Shown: piece after piece, positions 18,242 through 29,141 of the stretch
Position numbering within the stretch: the stretch's first letter is position 1
Layout: every line of letters begins with the position of its first letter
IMG/VR virus record: IMGVR_UViG_3300014205_000180
Location: 64,001 to 128,000 of that record
Strand: one strand, 5' to 3'
DNA: 64,000 bases
Source of the DNA: a virus
Taxonomy: Duplodnaviria > Caudoviricetes
Notes under the pieces: model-generated
Told to the model about the DNA's origin: nothing
The model's input: the letters and a program-made list of their open reading frames with translations, nothing else
Database searches by the model: none
Translations under genes and position numbers: made by a program

Positions 18242-19627
18242 ATGATATTTTCAGAATTGGATTTAGCTATTTCAGTAGCCCATGCTGCAGATATACCACT
18301 GTTCGTATGGGGTCCTAGAGGAATTGGTAAAAGTAACGGCGTCAAGAAATATTGCAGAAGCAGGTTTCATTTCTACGACGAAAACGGTGTAGGCAGTGTT
18401 CCATTCTTTAATAGGGATATGCGTGCTGCACAAATGGAAGCTTCTGAATTAAGAGGGCTACCAAAAGAAGATGGTGATTCGTTCATCTATCTCCCTCCAA
18501 AAGATTTACCAAGAGGCACGTTTATTGATGAAATGGGCAATACTTGGGGAAGGAATTCTGACAAAAAACCAGAAGTATCGCCTATTTATACTGCGGTTAT
18601 CGAATCAGAAAAATATAAAACCGATAGTGAATTCAGAAAACTAACAGATAAAACATGGAAATTTAAAGGAAGAGTTGAATATCATAAAGGTATTTTGTTC
18701 TTAGATGAAATCAATAGAGGTGAAGATGATGTACTTCAAGCATTATTTGAATTAATTTTAGATAGAAAAACTGGCGGATACGAATTACCACTAAAAATAA
18801 TGATTGTTGGTGCTGGTAATCCATCTGGATCAAGGTATAGGACAAATACATTCGTATCTGATGCGGCATTTACTTCACGATGGTGCCATATCAGCATGGA
18901 AATTAACAATGATTATATTTCTGATTGGATGACTTATATTAAATCTACATCAATTGATAGTAATATAACTAACAAAATAGTTCAATTTTGTGCTGGAAAT
19001 AACGATCATTTAATTCAGAGCGAAGACGGTTCAGAAGAATTAATTATTGAACCAAATCCAAGATCATGGGAATTCGTCTCAAGAATAGAACAAGCAATCT
19101 ATGATAATTTAAATATCTTTAAAAGCGATGAGCAAAGAAATAATGTAAGAACAGAATTAATTCAAGGTTTAATTGGCATATCGATGACTAACGCATATAA
19201 AAATTGGGCTGCAGAATTATATCCTAATGATATTATTGAAAAAGGAGTTGATAAAACAATAGCATCAATACTAAAAACGATGAAAAGACCAGAAATGCAA
19301 GGTTTAATGTTTGGAGTGGCCAATTTAGCAGTTTCAATAAAAGAACCATCAAATAATCAAATAGAAAATGTAATATTATTCTGCAAATGGATGATAAACA
19401 ATAACAATTATAAAGATTTAGCAGTTGGATTCTGCAGAATGCTAACTAACAATGAGTTAGAAAGCAGCTTAAAGGGCGCTGCCCTAATTAATCCATCAAT
19501 TCAAAGAATATTGAATAAGCAAAATAAAGTAAGAACATGGTACAATGCATTAACAAATGATGCATCACTATCAAACGAAATACAATTAACTGCTTGGGGA
19601 ACTGAAATAAAGTTAGATAAAAAATGA
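18242..19627 (+). CDS. MoxR-like AAA+ ATPase
   Basis: GPRGIGKS, ILFLDEINR, VGAGNP, AFTSRW, NPRSWE. Confidence 0.92.
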   Translation: MIFSELDLAISVAHAADIPLFVWGPRGIGKSNGVKKYCRSRFHFYDENGVGSVPFFNRDMRAAQMEASELRGLPKEDGDSFIYLPPKDLPRGTFIDEMGNTWGRNSDKKPEVSPIYTAVIESEKYKTDSEFRKLTDKTWKFKGRVEYHKGILFLDEINRGEDDVLQALFELILDRKTGGYELPLKIMIVGAGNPSGSRYRTNTFVSDAAFTSRWCHISMEINNDYISDWMTYIKSTSIDSNITNKIVQFCAGNNDHLIQSEDGSEELIIEPNPRSWEFVSRIEQAIYDNLNIFKSDEQRNNVRTELIQGLIGISMTNAYKNWAAELYPNDIIEKGVDKTIASILKTMKRPEMQGLMFGVANLAVSIKEPSNNQIENVILFCKWMINNNNYKDLAVGFCRMLTNNELESSLKGAALINPSIQRILNKQNKVRTWYNALTNDASLSNEIQLTAWGTEIKLDKK

Positions 19628-20835
19628 GTAAAAATAAAATGATGGATGCCAGATGCAGAATTCAAATTCTGCATCCATGGTATGGAACATTTTCTACTAG
19701 AATAGATTGGATAGAAGATGAAAGAATTAAAACTGTTGGGGTGAATTTTAAAAAAGGCGGTAGGGTAAATTGCTATTATAATAAAGATTGGTGTGATCAG
19801 CTATCAATAGAACAATTAATTGCTGTTATTATTCATGAAATAGAGCATGTAATTAGAATGCATCCGGTTAGATCTATAGGCCCAACTAATGAACATCATG
19901 TTATAAATAATATAGCACAAGATTGGTTAATAAATGGCACAAAAAATAGAAAAGAAATAGAAAATTTACCTGATTGTGGCATGTTTATGCCAGACCCAAA
20001 TGATAATAATGATCTTTGGGACGGAATAGATTTAGATTTTTTCACTATTTCGCACACTAGTGAAGAAACCGCAAAATGGTTAATTAGCAATTCAACGATT
20101 AAAAAGCTTGATAATGGTTGGGCATTAATACTAAACAATGGTAGATTACTCCATGTTGAATTACATGATAATCATGATATATGGTCTGAAAGTGACGCAT
20201 CAAATGATGAAGTCAGACAAACAATAAAAGAAATCATAAACTCAACAACAAAGACTGCTGGATCACCCCCAGGCCATTTAGAAGAATTCATTAACAAAGT
20301 TCAATCGTCCAAAATACATTATTCACATTTATTAAGAAATTTAATAGGAAGATCAATCGGGCAAAAAAGAAAAACATATTCAAGATTAAATAGGAAAAGA
20401 CAAGAATTTGGGATAAAAGGAACGTCATCTCATGGTGGTAATGAATTAACCATAATGGTTGACACTAGCGGGTCGATGTACACTAAAGTATTAGAAGTAG
20501 TATTTGGTGAGATAGAAGCAATATCACAGAAATTTAAGATAAAATTAGTTGAATTTGATAGCGAAGTACAAAAAGTAGCCGATTATAGAAAAGGTGATTG
20601 GAAGAAAATAGCTATAAAAGGAAGAGGTGGAACCTGCTTCAATAAAGTTCTTACTTATATTGAAGAAAATAATTTAGTAGCTGATGTTAATATTTTACTA
20701 ACAGATGGGTGGGATATTCTACCACCATCAAGAAAATATCAACTAATATGGGCAATAGTTGGGTCTGATAACTGCAAAAAATTCAAACAGCAAGATTATT
20801 GGGGTGACCTATTAGAAATTGATCGTATTATATAG
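19624..20835 (+). CDS. DUF2201-type metallopeptidase-VWA protein
   Basis: HEIEH zinc motif; DTSGSM MIDAS; GRGGT; LLTDG; ATGA-coupled to the AAA gene. Confidence 0.9.
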   Translation: MSKNKMMDARCRIQILHPWYGTFSTRIDWIEDERIKTVGVNFKKGGRVNCYYNKDWCDQLSIEQLIAVIIHEIEHVIRMHPVRSIGPTNEHHVINNIAQDWLINGTKNRKEIENLPDCGMFMPDPNDNNDLWDGIDLDFFTISHTSEETAKWLISNSTIKKLDNGWALILNNGRLLHVELHDNHDIWSESDASNDEVRQTIKEIINSTTKTAGSPPGHLEEFINKVQSSKIHYSHLLRNLIGRSIGQKRKTYSRLNRKRQEFGIKGTSSHGGNELTIMVDTSGSMYTKVLEVVFGEIEAISQKFKIKLVEFDSEVQKVADYRKGDWKKIAIKGRGGTCFNKVLTYIEENNLVADVNILLTDGWDILPPSRKYQLIWAIVGSDNCKKFKQQDYWGDLLEIDRII

Positions 20836-21550
20836 ATCCCATTATTTGATCTATTTCGCCATCAAGTTCTGTTTTTTCGCCACCATCCTGGCCTTCCTTA
20901 GCTTCTCCTTGGCCTTCCTGTGCCTCTCCTTGACCTTCTGTGGTTCCTGCGGCTTCTGGCGCGGCCTGATCGTCTAATGGCTCTTCTGGCGTTATCTCTG
21001 GCTTATTTTCTACTTCATTTGATACTAATCCCATTCTATTAAGAACCCTATCTGAAATATTTTGTAAGAACGTTAATGGGTCTTTATCATCATCTATCCA
21101 GATAACACCCTTCTCCAATATCTTTTTATCTTTAAATAACTGCGTCATATATTTGGTCTTCTTACCCTGCTTAGCACTTAATGATCTAGCTCTTAAAATA
21201 AATCCACCAACGTGTTTAGACTTCAATTCGTTATTATCAGTTGGAATAGCTGTCCATTTAACAACTTTTTCTGGTGCTACTGGCTCAGGATCTATACTAA
21301 CTGGTTCTGGCATATCAATGCCATCTGGAGTATCTGGAGAATCAATTGCTCCAAGTTCAGATTCAAAGTCATCTAATGAAGCTTCTGCATCATCACCAGC
21401 GTCATCACCACCTAAATCCATATCATTGTTGCCAACAGCATCAAAACCAACGTCAGTTGGATTAATATCTTTCTGTGAATCATCTTTTGGAAAATCAGAA
21501 GTTTTAAATTCTTCTGGATTTATCGGTTTAAACGGATCGAATTCAGGCAT
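20828..21550 (-). CDS. Acidic hypothetical protein (possible head/internal protein)
   Basis: D/E/P-rich; EGQGEA repeats. Confidence 0.75.
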   Translation of the reverse strand: MPEFDPFKPINPEEFKTSDFPKDDSQKDINPTDVGFDAVGNNDMDLGGDDAGDDAEASLDDFESELGAIDSPDTPDGIDMPEPVSIDPEPVAPEKVVKWTAIPTDNNELKSKHVGGFILRARSLSAKQGKKTKYMTQLFKDKKILEKGVIWIDDDKDPLTFLQNISDRVLNRMGLVSNEVENKPEITPEEPLDDQAAPEAAGTTEGQGEAQEGQGEAKEGQDGGEKTELDGEIDQIMGSI

Positions 21551-21998
21551 TGAATTCTTCCTTTACTATATCAGAAATCTCTGATATTCTTTCACCAAGA
21601 GCTAAAAATTTTTCTTTTGAATCAGGCTTCATATTAACAGCAAATTTGAACCAGTTTTTGACTATTCCATCTAATTGATCTGTAATGTTTTTTAATGTGT
21701 ATCCAGAAGAGTTTGGTTCATTAGTTTGATTTAGCTTTGGATTATAATTTTCAATTTCAGACATATCATCAACTTTTTCATCTGATCCTATCTCAGCTTT
21801 AGAATCAAGACCAGCTTCAAGACCAGCTTCTGGACCAGCTTCAAGGCCAGCTTCATCTCCGCCCATCAATTTATTAATTTCTGCATCTAGCCCAGGAGCA
21901 CCATCTAATTCAGTCCCAGCATCTTTATCAATGTCTTTTAAGCCTTCTTCTTCTGAAAGAAGTTTCGTATGCAACTTTGAAATGCTTGATAATTTCAT
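21543..21998 (-). CDS. Acidic hypothetical protein with MKLS...LLSE leader
   Basis: EAGL/EAGP 12-bp repeats near 21810-21855. Confidence 0.75.
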   Translation of the reverse strand: MKLSSISKLHTKLLSEEEGLKDIDKDAGTELDGAPGLDAEINKLMGGDEAGLEAGPEAGLEAGLDSKAEIGSDEKVDDMSEIENYNPKLNQTNEPNSSGYTLKNITDQLDGIVKNWFKFAVNMKPDSKEKFLALGERISEISDIVKEEFNA

Positions 21999-22596
21999 TT
22001 CTAATGCCTTGTATTCCTGAATCTAGGTCTAAAGATACAATTATTTGTATCTCTGAACTAGTTGGTTTTCTCTTATATATTTTATTAAATAAGAATTCTA
22101 CATTATTGTCATTTTTTGATATATTGTTAGAACTAAATATCGCTGACATTCGCATTAATTGCCATACATTAATCATATTATATCCACTATCATTGAATAT
22201 TCTTCCAAACTTATATCTAACATATCTTCCAATTTCATGTAAATTATCAAAATTTATATCAACTTTAGATATCTCTTTATATGCTTTAGATATTATCTTG
22301 GAACTAACTTCTAAATCTCCATGCTCTGCATATATTGATTGCATCACATATGTATTCATATGAATATCAGGGTTTACCGGCCTGTTAACTTTTGTCAAAA
22401 ACTCCATATGTTCTAAATCATATTTGGTTGGTTTTCTATTATTACGTATAAAATATGCTTTTGAATAGTCTTTAATTCCAGTATTATTAATATAATGTAA
22501 AGCATATGTGCATTCGTACTGCCTTAACGTATTAACATCATACAGGTAAATAAATGGTGACAAATTTATTTCACATTCAAGGGACTTAAACATCAT
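21928..22596 (-). CDS. Hypothetical protein
   Basis: 222-aa ORF; no motif recognised. Confidence 0.65.
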   Translation of the reverse strand: MMFKSLECEINLSPFIYLYDVNTLRQYECTYALHYINNTGIKDYSKAYFIRNNRKPTKYDLEHMEFLTKVNRPVNPDIHMNTYVMQSIYAEHGDLEVSSKIISKAYKEISKVDINFDNLHEIGRYVRYKFGRIFNDSGYNMINVWQLMRMSAIFSSNNISKNDNNVEFLFNKIYKRKPTSSEIQIIVSLDLDSGIQGIRNEIIKHFKVAYETSFRRRRLKRH

Positions 22597-23704
22597 GATT
22601 CCAGTTTATAACCAGATTTTTACTGATGATGATGCTAAAGCTGTTCAAGATGCTGTAAAATCTCAATTCATAACTCAAGCAAGTCCGGAAGTTGATAAAC
22701 TTGAAGATAATTTTAAACGTCTTACTGGAAGAAGACATGCTATTAGTTGTTCTAATGGCACAACAGCATTGCATCTTGCACTTTTAAGTACCAACCTTGA
22801 AAGGAAAAATATAGCGATCCCTGCTTGTTGTTTTGTGGCTGTAGCTTTTGCTGTAGAATATGTTAAGGCTAATCCAATTTTTATTGATGCAGATATCGAT
22901 TCTTGGAATATGGATTTAAATATTCTAGAACGTAAATGCAAACTATGCAAAATAGATGCCGTAATAGCTGTTCATAATTATGGAAATCCAATAGATATGA
23001 TTAGATTAACTGAATTGTCACTAAAATATGGATTTAAAATAATTGAAGATGGATGCGAGGCATTAACATCAATTGCTAATTATAAGCCAGTAGGAAGTTT
23101 TGGTGAAGCATCTGTATTTAGCATGTATGGAAATAAATTAATAAGCTGCGGTGAAGGTGGAATGATATTAACAAATGATGATAAAATAGCTGACAGATGC
23201 AGATTGTTAAGAGGTCAAGCGCAACAACCTGGAAAAAGATTTTGGCATTGTGATATTGGATATAATTATAGAATGACTGGAATGCAGGCAGCACTTGCCA
23301 ATTCACAAATTAAAAGAATAAAAAATACTTCATTTAAATTAATACAAATAGCAGAAACATACGCTAGATTATTTGGCGATAAATTCATAACACAAAAAAC
23401 TCCATTCTTTGGTCATTTTAATTCATGGTGGATGTTTTCGATATTTAATAAATCAGATAGTGATTATTATGAAAAAACGTCCAAACGGCTTAGTGCATGC
23501 GGATATGATTCAAGACCGATATTCCCGCCAATTCCACTAATGCCGCCATGGAGCCATCACGAATTGACAGAAAATGATTTTCCTGTAGCTGTGAAATTAT
23601 GGAAGCAGGGAATAACTCTTCCTGGCGGTCCAGGCATAGAAATAACAGAAGTTGAAAAAATTGCTAAAATTATCCTAAATGATTATTCTTCCTCTTATAA
23701 ATAA
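22595..23704 (+). CDS. DegT/DnrJ PLP aminotransferase, GDP-perosamine synthase-like
   Basis: SNGTTALHLAL, IIEDGCEA, FSMYGNKLISCGEGGM (PLP Lys), GYNYRMT. Confidence 0.9.
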   Translation: MIPVYNQIFTDDDAKAVQDAVKSQFITQASPEVDKLEDNFKRLTGRRHAISCSNGTTALHLALLSTNLERKNIAIPACCFVAVAFAVEYVKANPIFIDADIDSWNMDLNILERKCKLCKIDAVIAVHNYGNPIDMIRLTELSLKYGFKIIEDGCEALTSIANYKPVGSFGEASVFSMYGNKLISCGEGGMILTNDDKIADRCRLLRGQAQQPGKRFWHCDIGYNYRMTGMQAALANSQIKRIKNTSFKLIQIAETYARLFGDKFITQKTPFFGHFNSWWMFSIFNKSDSDYYEKTSKRLSACGYDSRPIFPPIPLMPPWSHHELTENDFPVAVKLWKQGITLPGGPGIEITEVEKIAKIILNDYSSSYK

Positions 23705-24290
23705 ATATTGGCCTATTTTGTGGTTTAACACTTGAAGCTTCACCAGCAAATTTTTTCTCAAAATATTCAATGTATCCATGGAAGAATTTTGGACCTTTAA
23801 GTATTATATAATCAGTTTCAATCTTCGTTCTAGTAAAATTAATTATTTTATTTTCAAGATTATTTTTATTAAAATCAACAAATATCATTTGATGTGGTAA
23901 TAGCATCAATCCAGGTTTATAAATTTGAAATACTTTATGATAATTTAGTTCTTCTAATGTCACAATTATTTCTGGTTTAACCTCCTTTACTACAGTGTTT
24001 TCTTTTCCTTGATTTGATGGTTTAACAGGTGCGCGATTAACATTTTCATTATCGAATATTAACATATGCGGATAACGTTCTTTTAAAAATTGAATTAACA
24101 GTCCAGATTTTCCTGCTTTAGATAATTTGCCATATATTTCTTCCATTTTTACTTTATTATCACCACAAGATTTACCAAGTTTTAAAAAATTTATTAATTC
24201 ATCGTGATATTCAATAGATATAGATTTTAACCATTCTTGAAAATCATCACGTCTTGATAATCCGCAGAATCTTGTAACGTCTATTTTCAT
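23670..24290 (-). CDS. Hypothetical protein
   Basis: 206-aa ORF at the end of the minus-strand operon. Confidence 0.7.
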   Translation of the reverse strand: MKIDVTRFCGLSRRDDFQEWLKSISIEYHDELINFLKLGKSCGDNKVKMEEIYGKLSKAGKSGLLIQFLKERYPHMLIFDNENVNRAPVKPSNQGKENTVVKEVKPEIIVTLEELNYHKVFQIYKPGLMLLPHQMIFVDFNKNNLENKIINFTRTKIETDYIILKGPKFFHGYIEYFEKKFAGEASSVKPQNRPIFIYKRKNNHLG

Positions 24291-24303
24291 TTAAAATTAT
24301 CTA

Positions 24304-26364
24304 CTAGTCAGTAACAGGATCAGTCGGATCTAAAATTGGCACAACGACTTTTTTAATTGAAGATTTTGGATCGCCTATTGTTTTAAATGCAATATCGTTA
24401 TTAATATTACTAATTATAAGATCTGAAAGATCCTTATCATAAACTAATCTTATCTTAGTATTTCCATCATCTCTAGGCAGTCCGAAGAATCCATCACCAT
24501 CAACAGTCGGCCAAGCTATTGCAACTTGCTCTCCTAGTACATTCTTGAAATATGCAATGAATGGTGTTGTATCATATTCACCACCACCACAGGTTACATC
24601 AGTACCAATGCTTCTGAACACCACTATGAACTGAGTTCCAAATATCGATGTGTGAGCAGCGCAAGCTTTACCTATTCTCCATCCACGCTCATAAAATGCG
24701 GCATGTGACGCTCTGATGATTGATGATGGAAGATCTGCTATGGTTGGATCAATTACTACTTCTGTTGTAGCTGTTGGTTCAACATTATCACATTTTTCAA
24801 AACATTTAGTTGGCTGTATGCACAATCTGACCTTACCATCAATACTTATTATGCTACCATTAGGCGGTGGCGGATTTAAATAAAATGATGCTACTCCACC
24901 GTAATGCTTAAATCCAATAACATCACCAACATAAGAAGCATTCGCTAATGGTTGATTGAAATAACCTCTATTTTCAGATGTATAAAGTCTACTGATCTTA
25001 TTATCATCTTGGTCTTTATCAACAAATTTAACACTATATCTTCCAGAATATCCTAATTTGTCATATTGCGGGCAGCATTCAACTATTGTTGAAACATAAT
25101 CGCCAGCAGGTAAATTGACACTTATAGCTCTTTGTTGATTAACATTGTAACTCTTTAAGTCAACAATTAAGAAACAATCTTTGCAATCGTAAGTGTCTGG
25201 ATTTGTACCATTAAATCTTGCTTCTCCTTCAGCTTTACCAATATCACCTGGCAAAAAATCATATGGATTTTGTTGTGGATTTGCTCTTGGATATTTAGTA
25301 TCATCATCACTTGTTAATTTGAAAGCATACATCGCCTGTGCCGCTGCGTACCTAGCCATTGACCAGCTATTTCTTATCGTCTGATTCTTTTCTTTACTGT
25401 CTATTGCTTCAATCGCGCAGCATAAAGCTTGTTTCTGCGAATTAAACATCTCCATCATTGCATTCAGCCATTTTCTAACAAGATTTTCTCTCTCAACTTT
25501 TGCAATATTTAATAATTCAATAAATCTCTCTTTTATTTGTTCCTGAATCGTAAATGTATCAATATAGAATATTTCAGTTGAACACACATTTCTATAACAT
25601 CCAGATTTACATGGAGCAATACGCTCTTTTAATGCTGTAAGCCACGTAGTCTTTTTATTGACCCAATGTACTCTATTGGGGCATGCTGTAACATTTCCAA
25701 CGTTCCCAAGAACAACTATTAATTTTCTTGGATCTTCCGGATCATTTTTTATATCAACAACAACTTTTTTAATTCTTGATTGATCAACTAGTGCATAATC
25801 CTGTACTAAAGTTCCAACATATGGAGCGTTGTTTCCATCTGCCCCTTTAGGTCCTCTTGGGCCAGTTTCTATATTATCACGTCCTGGCTTGCCTCTTTCT
25901 CCCTGGTCGCCATCATCTCCAGGCATTGATCTGTATTTTATCTTACCGCGTAATTCAAGTTCTTCAACTAAACGACTAATATTTATTGAAAAGTCTATTC
26001 CAGACGTATTTTCATGAATAATAAAATCGACTTTTTCTTTTTCTGATTTATTAATCACATCAAGACTACTTAAAATATTTAAATCATTCTTTGAACTTTC
26101 TATTTTTACAATTCCTTCTCTATAAACAGTATTACATTCATCAGATGTTAAAGTAGTCTGCGGTGGTGGTATCAATAATGAGTTTAATTTATTAAAGTCT
26201 TCACTAGACATTAATCCATCATTATTAACACTTGCTAATGGAACATTTGATAATCCGATTATTCTTTTCCATGAATTAGTAGGTTTTTGATATTGATAGT
26301 ATATGCCACTTGAATATTCAAAAACATCACCATCAGTAGGATCGTCAGGAAACTTTATATTCAT
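24304..26364 (-). CDS. Collagen-repeat tail fibre/baseplate-like structural protein
   Basis: FPDDPTDGDVF start; PLASVNNDGLMSSEDFNKL; G-X-Y run; Cys-rich. Confidence 0.75.
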   Translation of the reverse strand: MNIKFPDDPTDGDVFEYSSGIYYQYQKPTNSWKRIIGLSNVPLASVNNDGLMSSEDFNKLNSLLIPPPQTTLTSDECNTVYREGIVKIESSKNDLNILSSLDVINKSEKEKVDFIIHENTSGIDFSINISRLVEELELRGKIKYRSMPGDDGDQGERGKPGRDNIETGPRGPKGADGNNAPYVGTLVQDYALVDQSRIKKVVVDIKNDPEDPRKLIVVLGNVGNVTACPNRVHWVNKKTTWLTALKERIAPCKSGCYRNVCSTEIFYIDTFTIQEQIKERFIELLNIAKVERENLVRKWLNAMMEMFNSQKQALCCAIEAIDSKEKNQTIRNSWSMARYAAAQAMYAFKLTSDDDTKYPRANPQQNPYDFLPGDIGKAEGEARFNGTNPDTYDCKDCFLIVDLKSYNVNQQRAISVNLPAGDYVSTIVECCPQYDKLGYSGRYSVKFVDKDQDDNKISRLYTSENRGYFNQPLANASYVGDVIGFKHYGGVASFYLNPPPPNGSIISIDGKVRLCIQPTKCFEKCDNVEPTATTEVVIDPTIADLPSSIIRASHAAFYERGWRIGKACAAHTSIFGTQFIVVFRSIGTDVTCGGGEYDTTPFIAYFKNVLGEQVAIAWPTVDGDGFFGLPRDDGNTKIRLVYDKDLSDLIISNINNDIAFKTIGDPKSSIKKVVVPILDPTDPVTD

Positions 26365-28271
26365 TGGTCACACCTTGCGCAATATTTAATGTACACGCTT
26401 ATCGAACCAGCTAAGTCATCCTTATCGCCAGCTATCTCTAAGTAGATTTTATCATTATCATCAGCAAAAGCTCCAATAGCCATTTCTGTTATTGGACCAG
26501 TTAAATAAGCATTTATTACACCATTTTTATTGTGTGGATCAGTTATCTGGGAAGACATTGGCATTGGTACTTTAACTATTGATTCACTATTTTCTATATT
26601 CATAACTAATCCTCTATCAGAAACACCAGAACCTACAATATAACCACAATCTGGCTGTGATTTATTATAAACAGTTCCATCTTTATATTGAATTATATAA
26701 GCGCCACGTGGTAATTCAACACCACCAACGCCATTTTTAATATAGTATTTTGTTCCAGGTACTATTTCAACTTTAGCTAATAACTTACTTTGAATTCCTG
26801 GGCAGACATCACCATATGTCACTTCACCGCTAGCTTCCAATATTTGTTTAGCATAATTACAAATATCTGATGTATAATTGAAAGAAGCAGTTGTTATAAC
26901 TACATTCTGTTCTGCATTATATTCATAGCCATTTGAATTTGTTTTCTTCTGAATTGTATCGCTTATCTTAGCAGCAATTTGTTCATAGTTATTAAAATCT
27001 TCAATTGCGACAGGTGTTACATTACCTCCACCTCCACCTTCCTCAATATTTTCACTAATTCTGCATACACAATCTGCAATAGCGCTAGTATTAAGTGCAA
27101 TAGCAGCAAGCTCAGTGGCTATCTTACCATCAATTAAAACTATTAATGAATTAAAAGCATCAAGAAGTTGTTGGCCACAAACACCATTATCAGCCAAACC
27201 CATGCAATATTCAAAAGTTTCACTAAATTGTTTAGCAGCAAGTTGGGCGACAAGCGAATCTAAAACTTTTCTAGCTTCGTCATCTTTTTTAAATATGAAA
27301 TCTTTTATTTCTTGATCATATTCTAATAAATATTTATCAAATATTATTTTATAGCTTCCGATAATTTGATTAACAAAATCTGATAATGCCTTCCTTGAGA
27401 TCTCAGTATCACCATCAACCAATTCAGGATTAAAATCTATTGGATAAGCTAAAACACCAACATCAGGTTCTAAATCCATGTTTTCATTATCTGGTGCTAT
27501 TATTTCATAATTAAGCCCATCATTCCATTTTAACGATCTAACTATTGGCATAACAACTAATCTGTCTGCTGGCGTACTATCATCTGGTACAGCTAACTTA
27601 GCTTTTGTGACAGATAAAATTGATTTTTGCTGATCTAATTCAACACCAACTACTGCTGTATCATAGAATGATTCATCTATCTCAACAACTAATTGATCAA
27701 CAACAGATATTCCTGTAGCATCATTGCCAGGTTTTCCAGACTTACCTTGCGGGCCATCTCCAAACCCATCATCACCATCAGGGCCATCAGGTCCAGTTAC
27801 TCCTTTTGGTCCCTTACTTCCCGGCACCTCTATACATAAAGTATCAAGAAACAGTTCACTGAAATTTATGTCTATTGATGGTATCTTATCTATTTCTGGA
27901 GAGCTTGTAGCTACAGGACATGTTTTAGTTATCAGTTTACCATTCAAATCTCTGCATTTTATATCTAACGTATTAGATTTTAAAACTATATCGCCAGTCA
28001 TTAACCCACTTATTCCATAGCCAGACACTTTTCCAAATGAAAATTTTGTCAATATTCCAAATCCACCAGCTTTCTCAGGGACAGAATTTAACAAACTTTT
28101 AAGTTCAGAACTTAAAAGACCAATTGTGCTTTCATCAGCTAATGGAACATTAGGAACAAACCCTTTAAATATCCAAGTGATAGTTTCAGCGCTGTATTCC
28201 CATTGACGCCTCCATGAATCAGTAAATTTCATCCCGTCAAACGGGACTATTGGTAATTCAGGAGTGCTCAT
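26361..28271 (-). CDS. Collagen-repeat tail fibre/baseplate-like protein, paralogue of 24304-26364
   Basis: PLADESTIGLLSSE; GSKGPKGVTGPDGPDGDDG. Confidence 0.75.
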   Translation of the reverse strand: MSTPELPIVPFDGMKFTDSWRRQWEYSAETITWIFKGFVPNVPLADESTIGLLSSELKSLLNSVPEKAGGFGILTKFSFGKVSGYGISGLMTGDIVLKSNTLDIKCRDLNGKLITKTCPVATSSPEIDKIPSIDINFSELFLDTLCIEVPGSKGPKGVTGPDGPDGDDGFGDGPQGKSGKPGNDATGISVVDQLVVEIDESFYDTAVVGVELDQQKSILSVTKAKLAVPDDSTPADRLVVMPIVRSLKWNDGLNYEIIAPDNENMDLEPDVGVLAYPIDFNPELVDGDTEISRKALSDFVNQIIGSYKIIFDKYLLEYDQEIKDFIFKKDDEARKVLDSLVAQLAAKQFSETFEYCMGLADNGVCGQQLLDAFNSLIVLIDGKIATELAAIALNTSAIADCVCRISENIEEGGGGGNVTPVAIEDFNNYEQIAAKISDTIQKKTNSNGYEYNAEQNVVITTASFNYTSDICNYAKQILEASGEVTYGDVCPGIQSKLLAKVEIVPGTKYYIKNGVGGVELPRGAYIIQYKDGTVYNKSQPDCGYIVGSGVSDRGLVMNIENSESIVKVPMPMSSQITDPHNKNGVINAYLTGPITEMAIGAFADDNDKIYLEIAGDKDDLAGSISVYIKYCARCDQ

Positions 28272-28300
28272 TTTTATATATTTGAGGTATAAACTAAATA

Positions 28301-29107
28301 CTAATTTTCTGGCATCTTAAAAGGAACTGGTGTTCTAAATGATCTTGAACTAATTTCACTTTTATCTAAAAGATTTTCTTCTTTTATTTCAGATGTTATT
28401 GTATTAACATAATCCTTAATTATATTAAATAATTTTAACGAACATTCTTCAACTCTTTGTTCATATTTCAGCTGTGAAACGAAATAATCCTTTATTTCTG
28501 ACCATATAATATCAACCAAAATATACCTCTCAACTGATTCTGATGAGCTTAATCTGAAAAATAGATTATAATTTACTGATAATTCAAATTCTGATAATGT
28601 TCCTTTATATCTATTTAATATTTCTCCAATATTGGTCCTAATACTATTCGCTATAAATTGTTCTCTATGTTTAAAGTCTGATTCTTTTATAATAAGCCAT
28701 TCGTTTAATGAATCTCTTACTTCAAAATACACAGCTTTAAGAAATACTAATTTAATTAAATTAATACTGTCAGCACTATTTGTTGTGCCAGTTACTTTCT
28801 GAGTAAGCACATTAATCTTAGAATTTAATTCATTAATATTTGATAAACCATTCATGAACAGATTTAACTTAGTAATTTCATCTTTCAATGAACTAATGCT
28901 ATCAGAAATTTTCGAATTAGATGACGCTATCTTGGTAGCTCTATTATTTTTTGCATCTTGATACGATTTAGCTTTTTTGTATTGAACAACATAATAAACA
29001 ACTATACAAATTGCGGCTACTATGCCTAGGACAACAGATGCCCAAATCGCGCTATCGCGTAATTCACCAAAAGTTCTAATTAATGCGGCGTAATCTTGAT
29101 CAGCCAT
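28301..29107 (-). CDS. Single-pass membrane protein with coiled coil (possibly holin-like)
   Basis: AIWASVVLGIVAAICIVVYYVV TM segment; start moved to ATG 29107 behind CAAATTTA. Confidence 0.6.
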   Translation of the reverse strand: MADQDYAALIRTFGELRDSAIWASVVLGIVAAICIVVYYVVQYKKAKSYQDAKNNRATKIASSNSKISDSISSLKDEITKLNLFMNGLSNINELNSKINVLTQKVTGTTNSADSINLIKLVFLKAVYFEVRDSLNEWLIIKESDFKHREQFIANSIRTNIGEILNRYKGTLSEFELSVNYNLFFRLSSSESVERYILVDIIWSEIKDYFVSQLKYEQRVEECSLKLFNIIKDYVNTITSEIKEENLLDKSEISSRSFRTPVPFKMPEN

Positions 29108-29141
29108 GTAATAAATTTGATAAATCAATAATCATCATATA

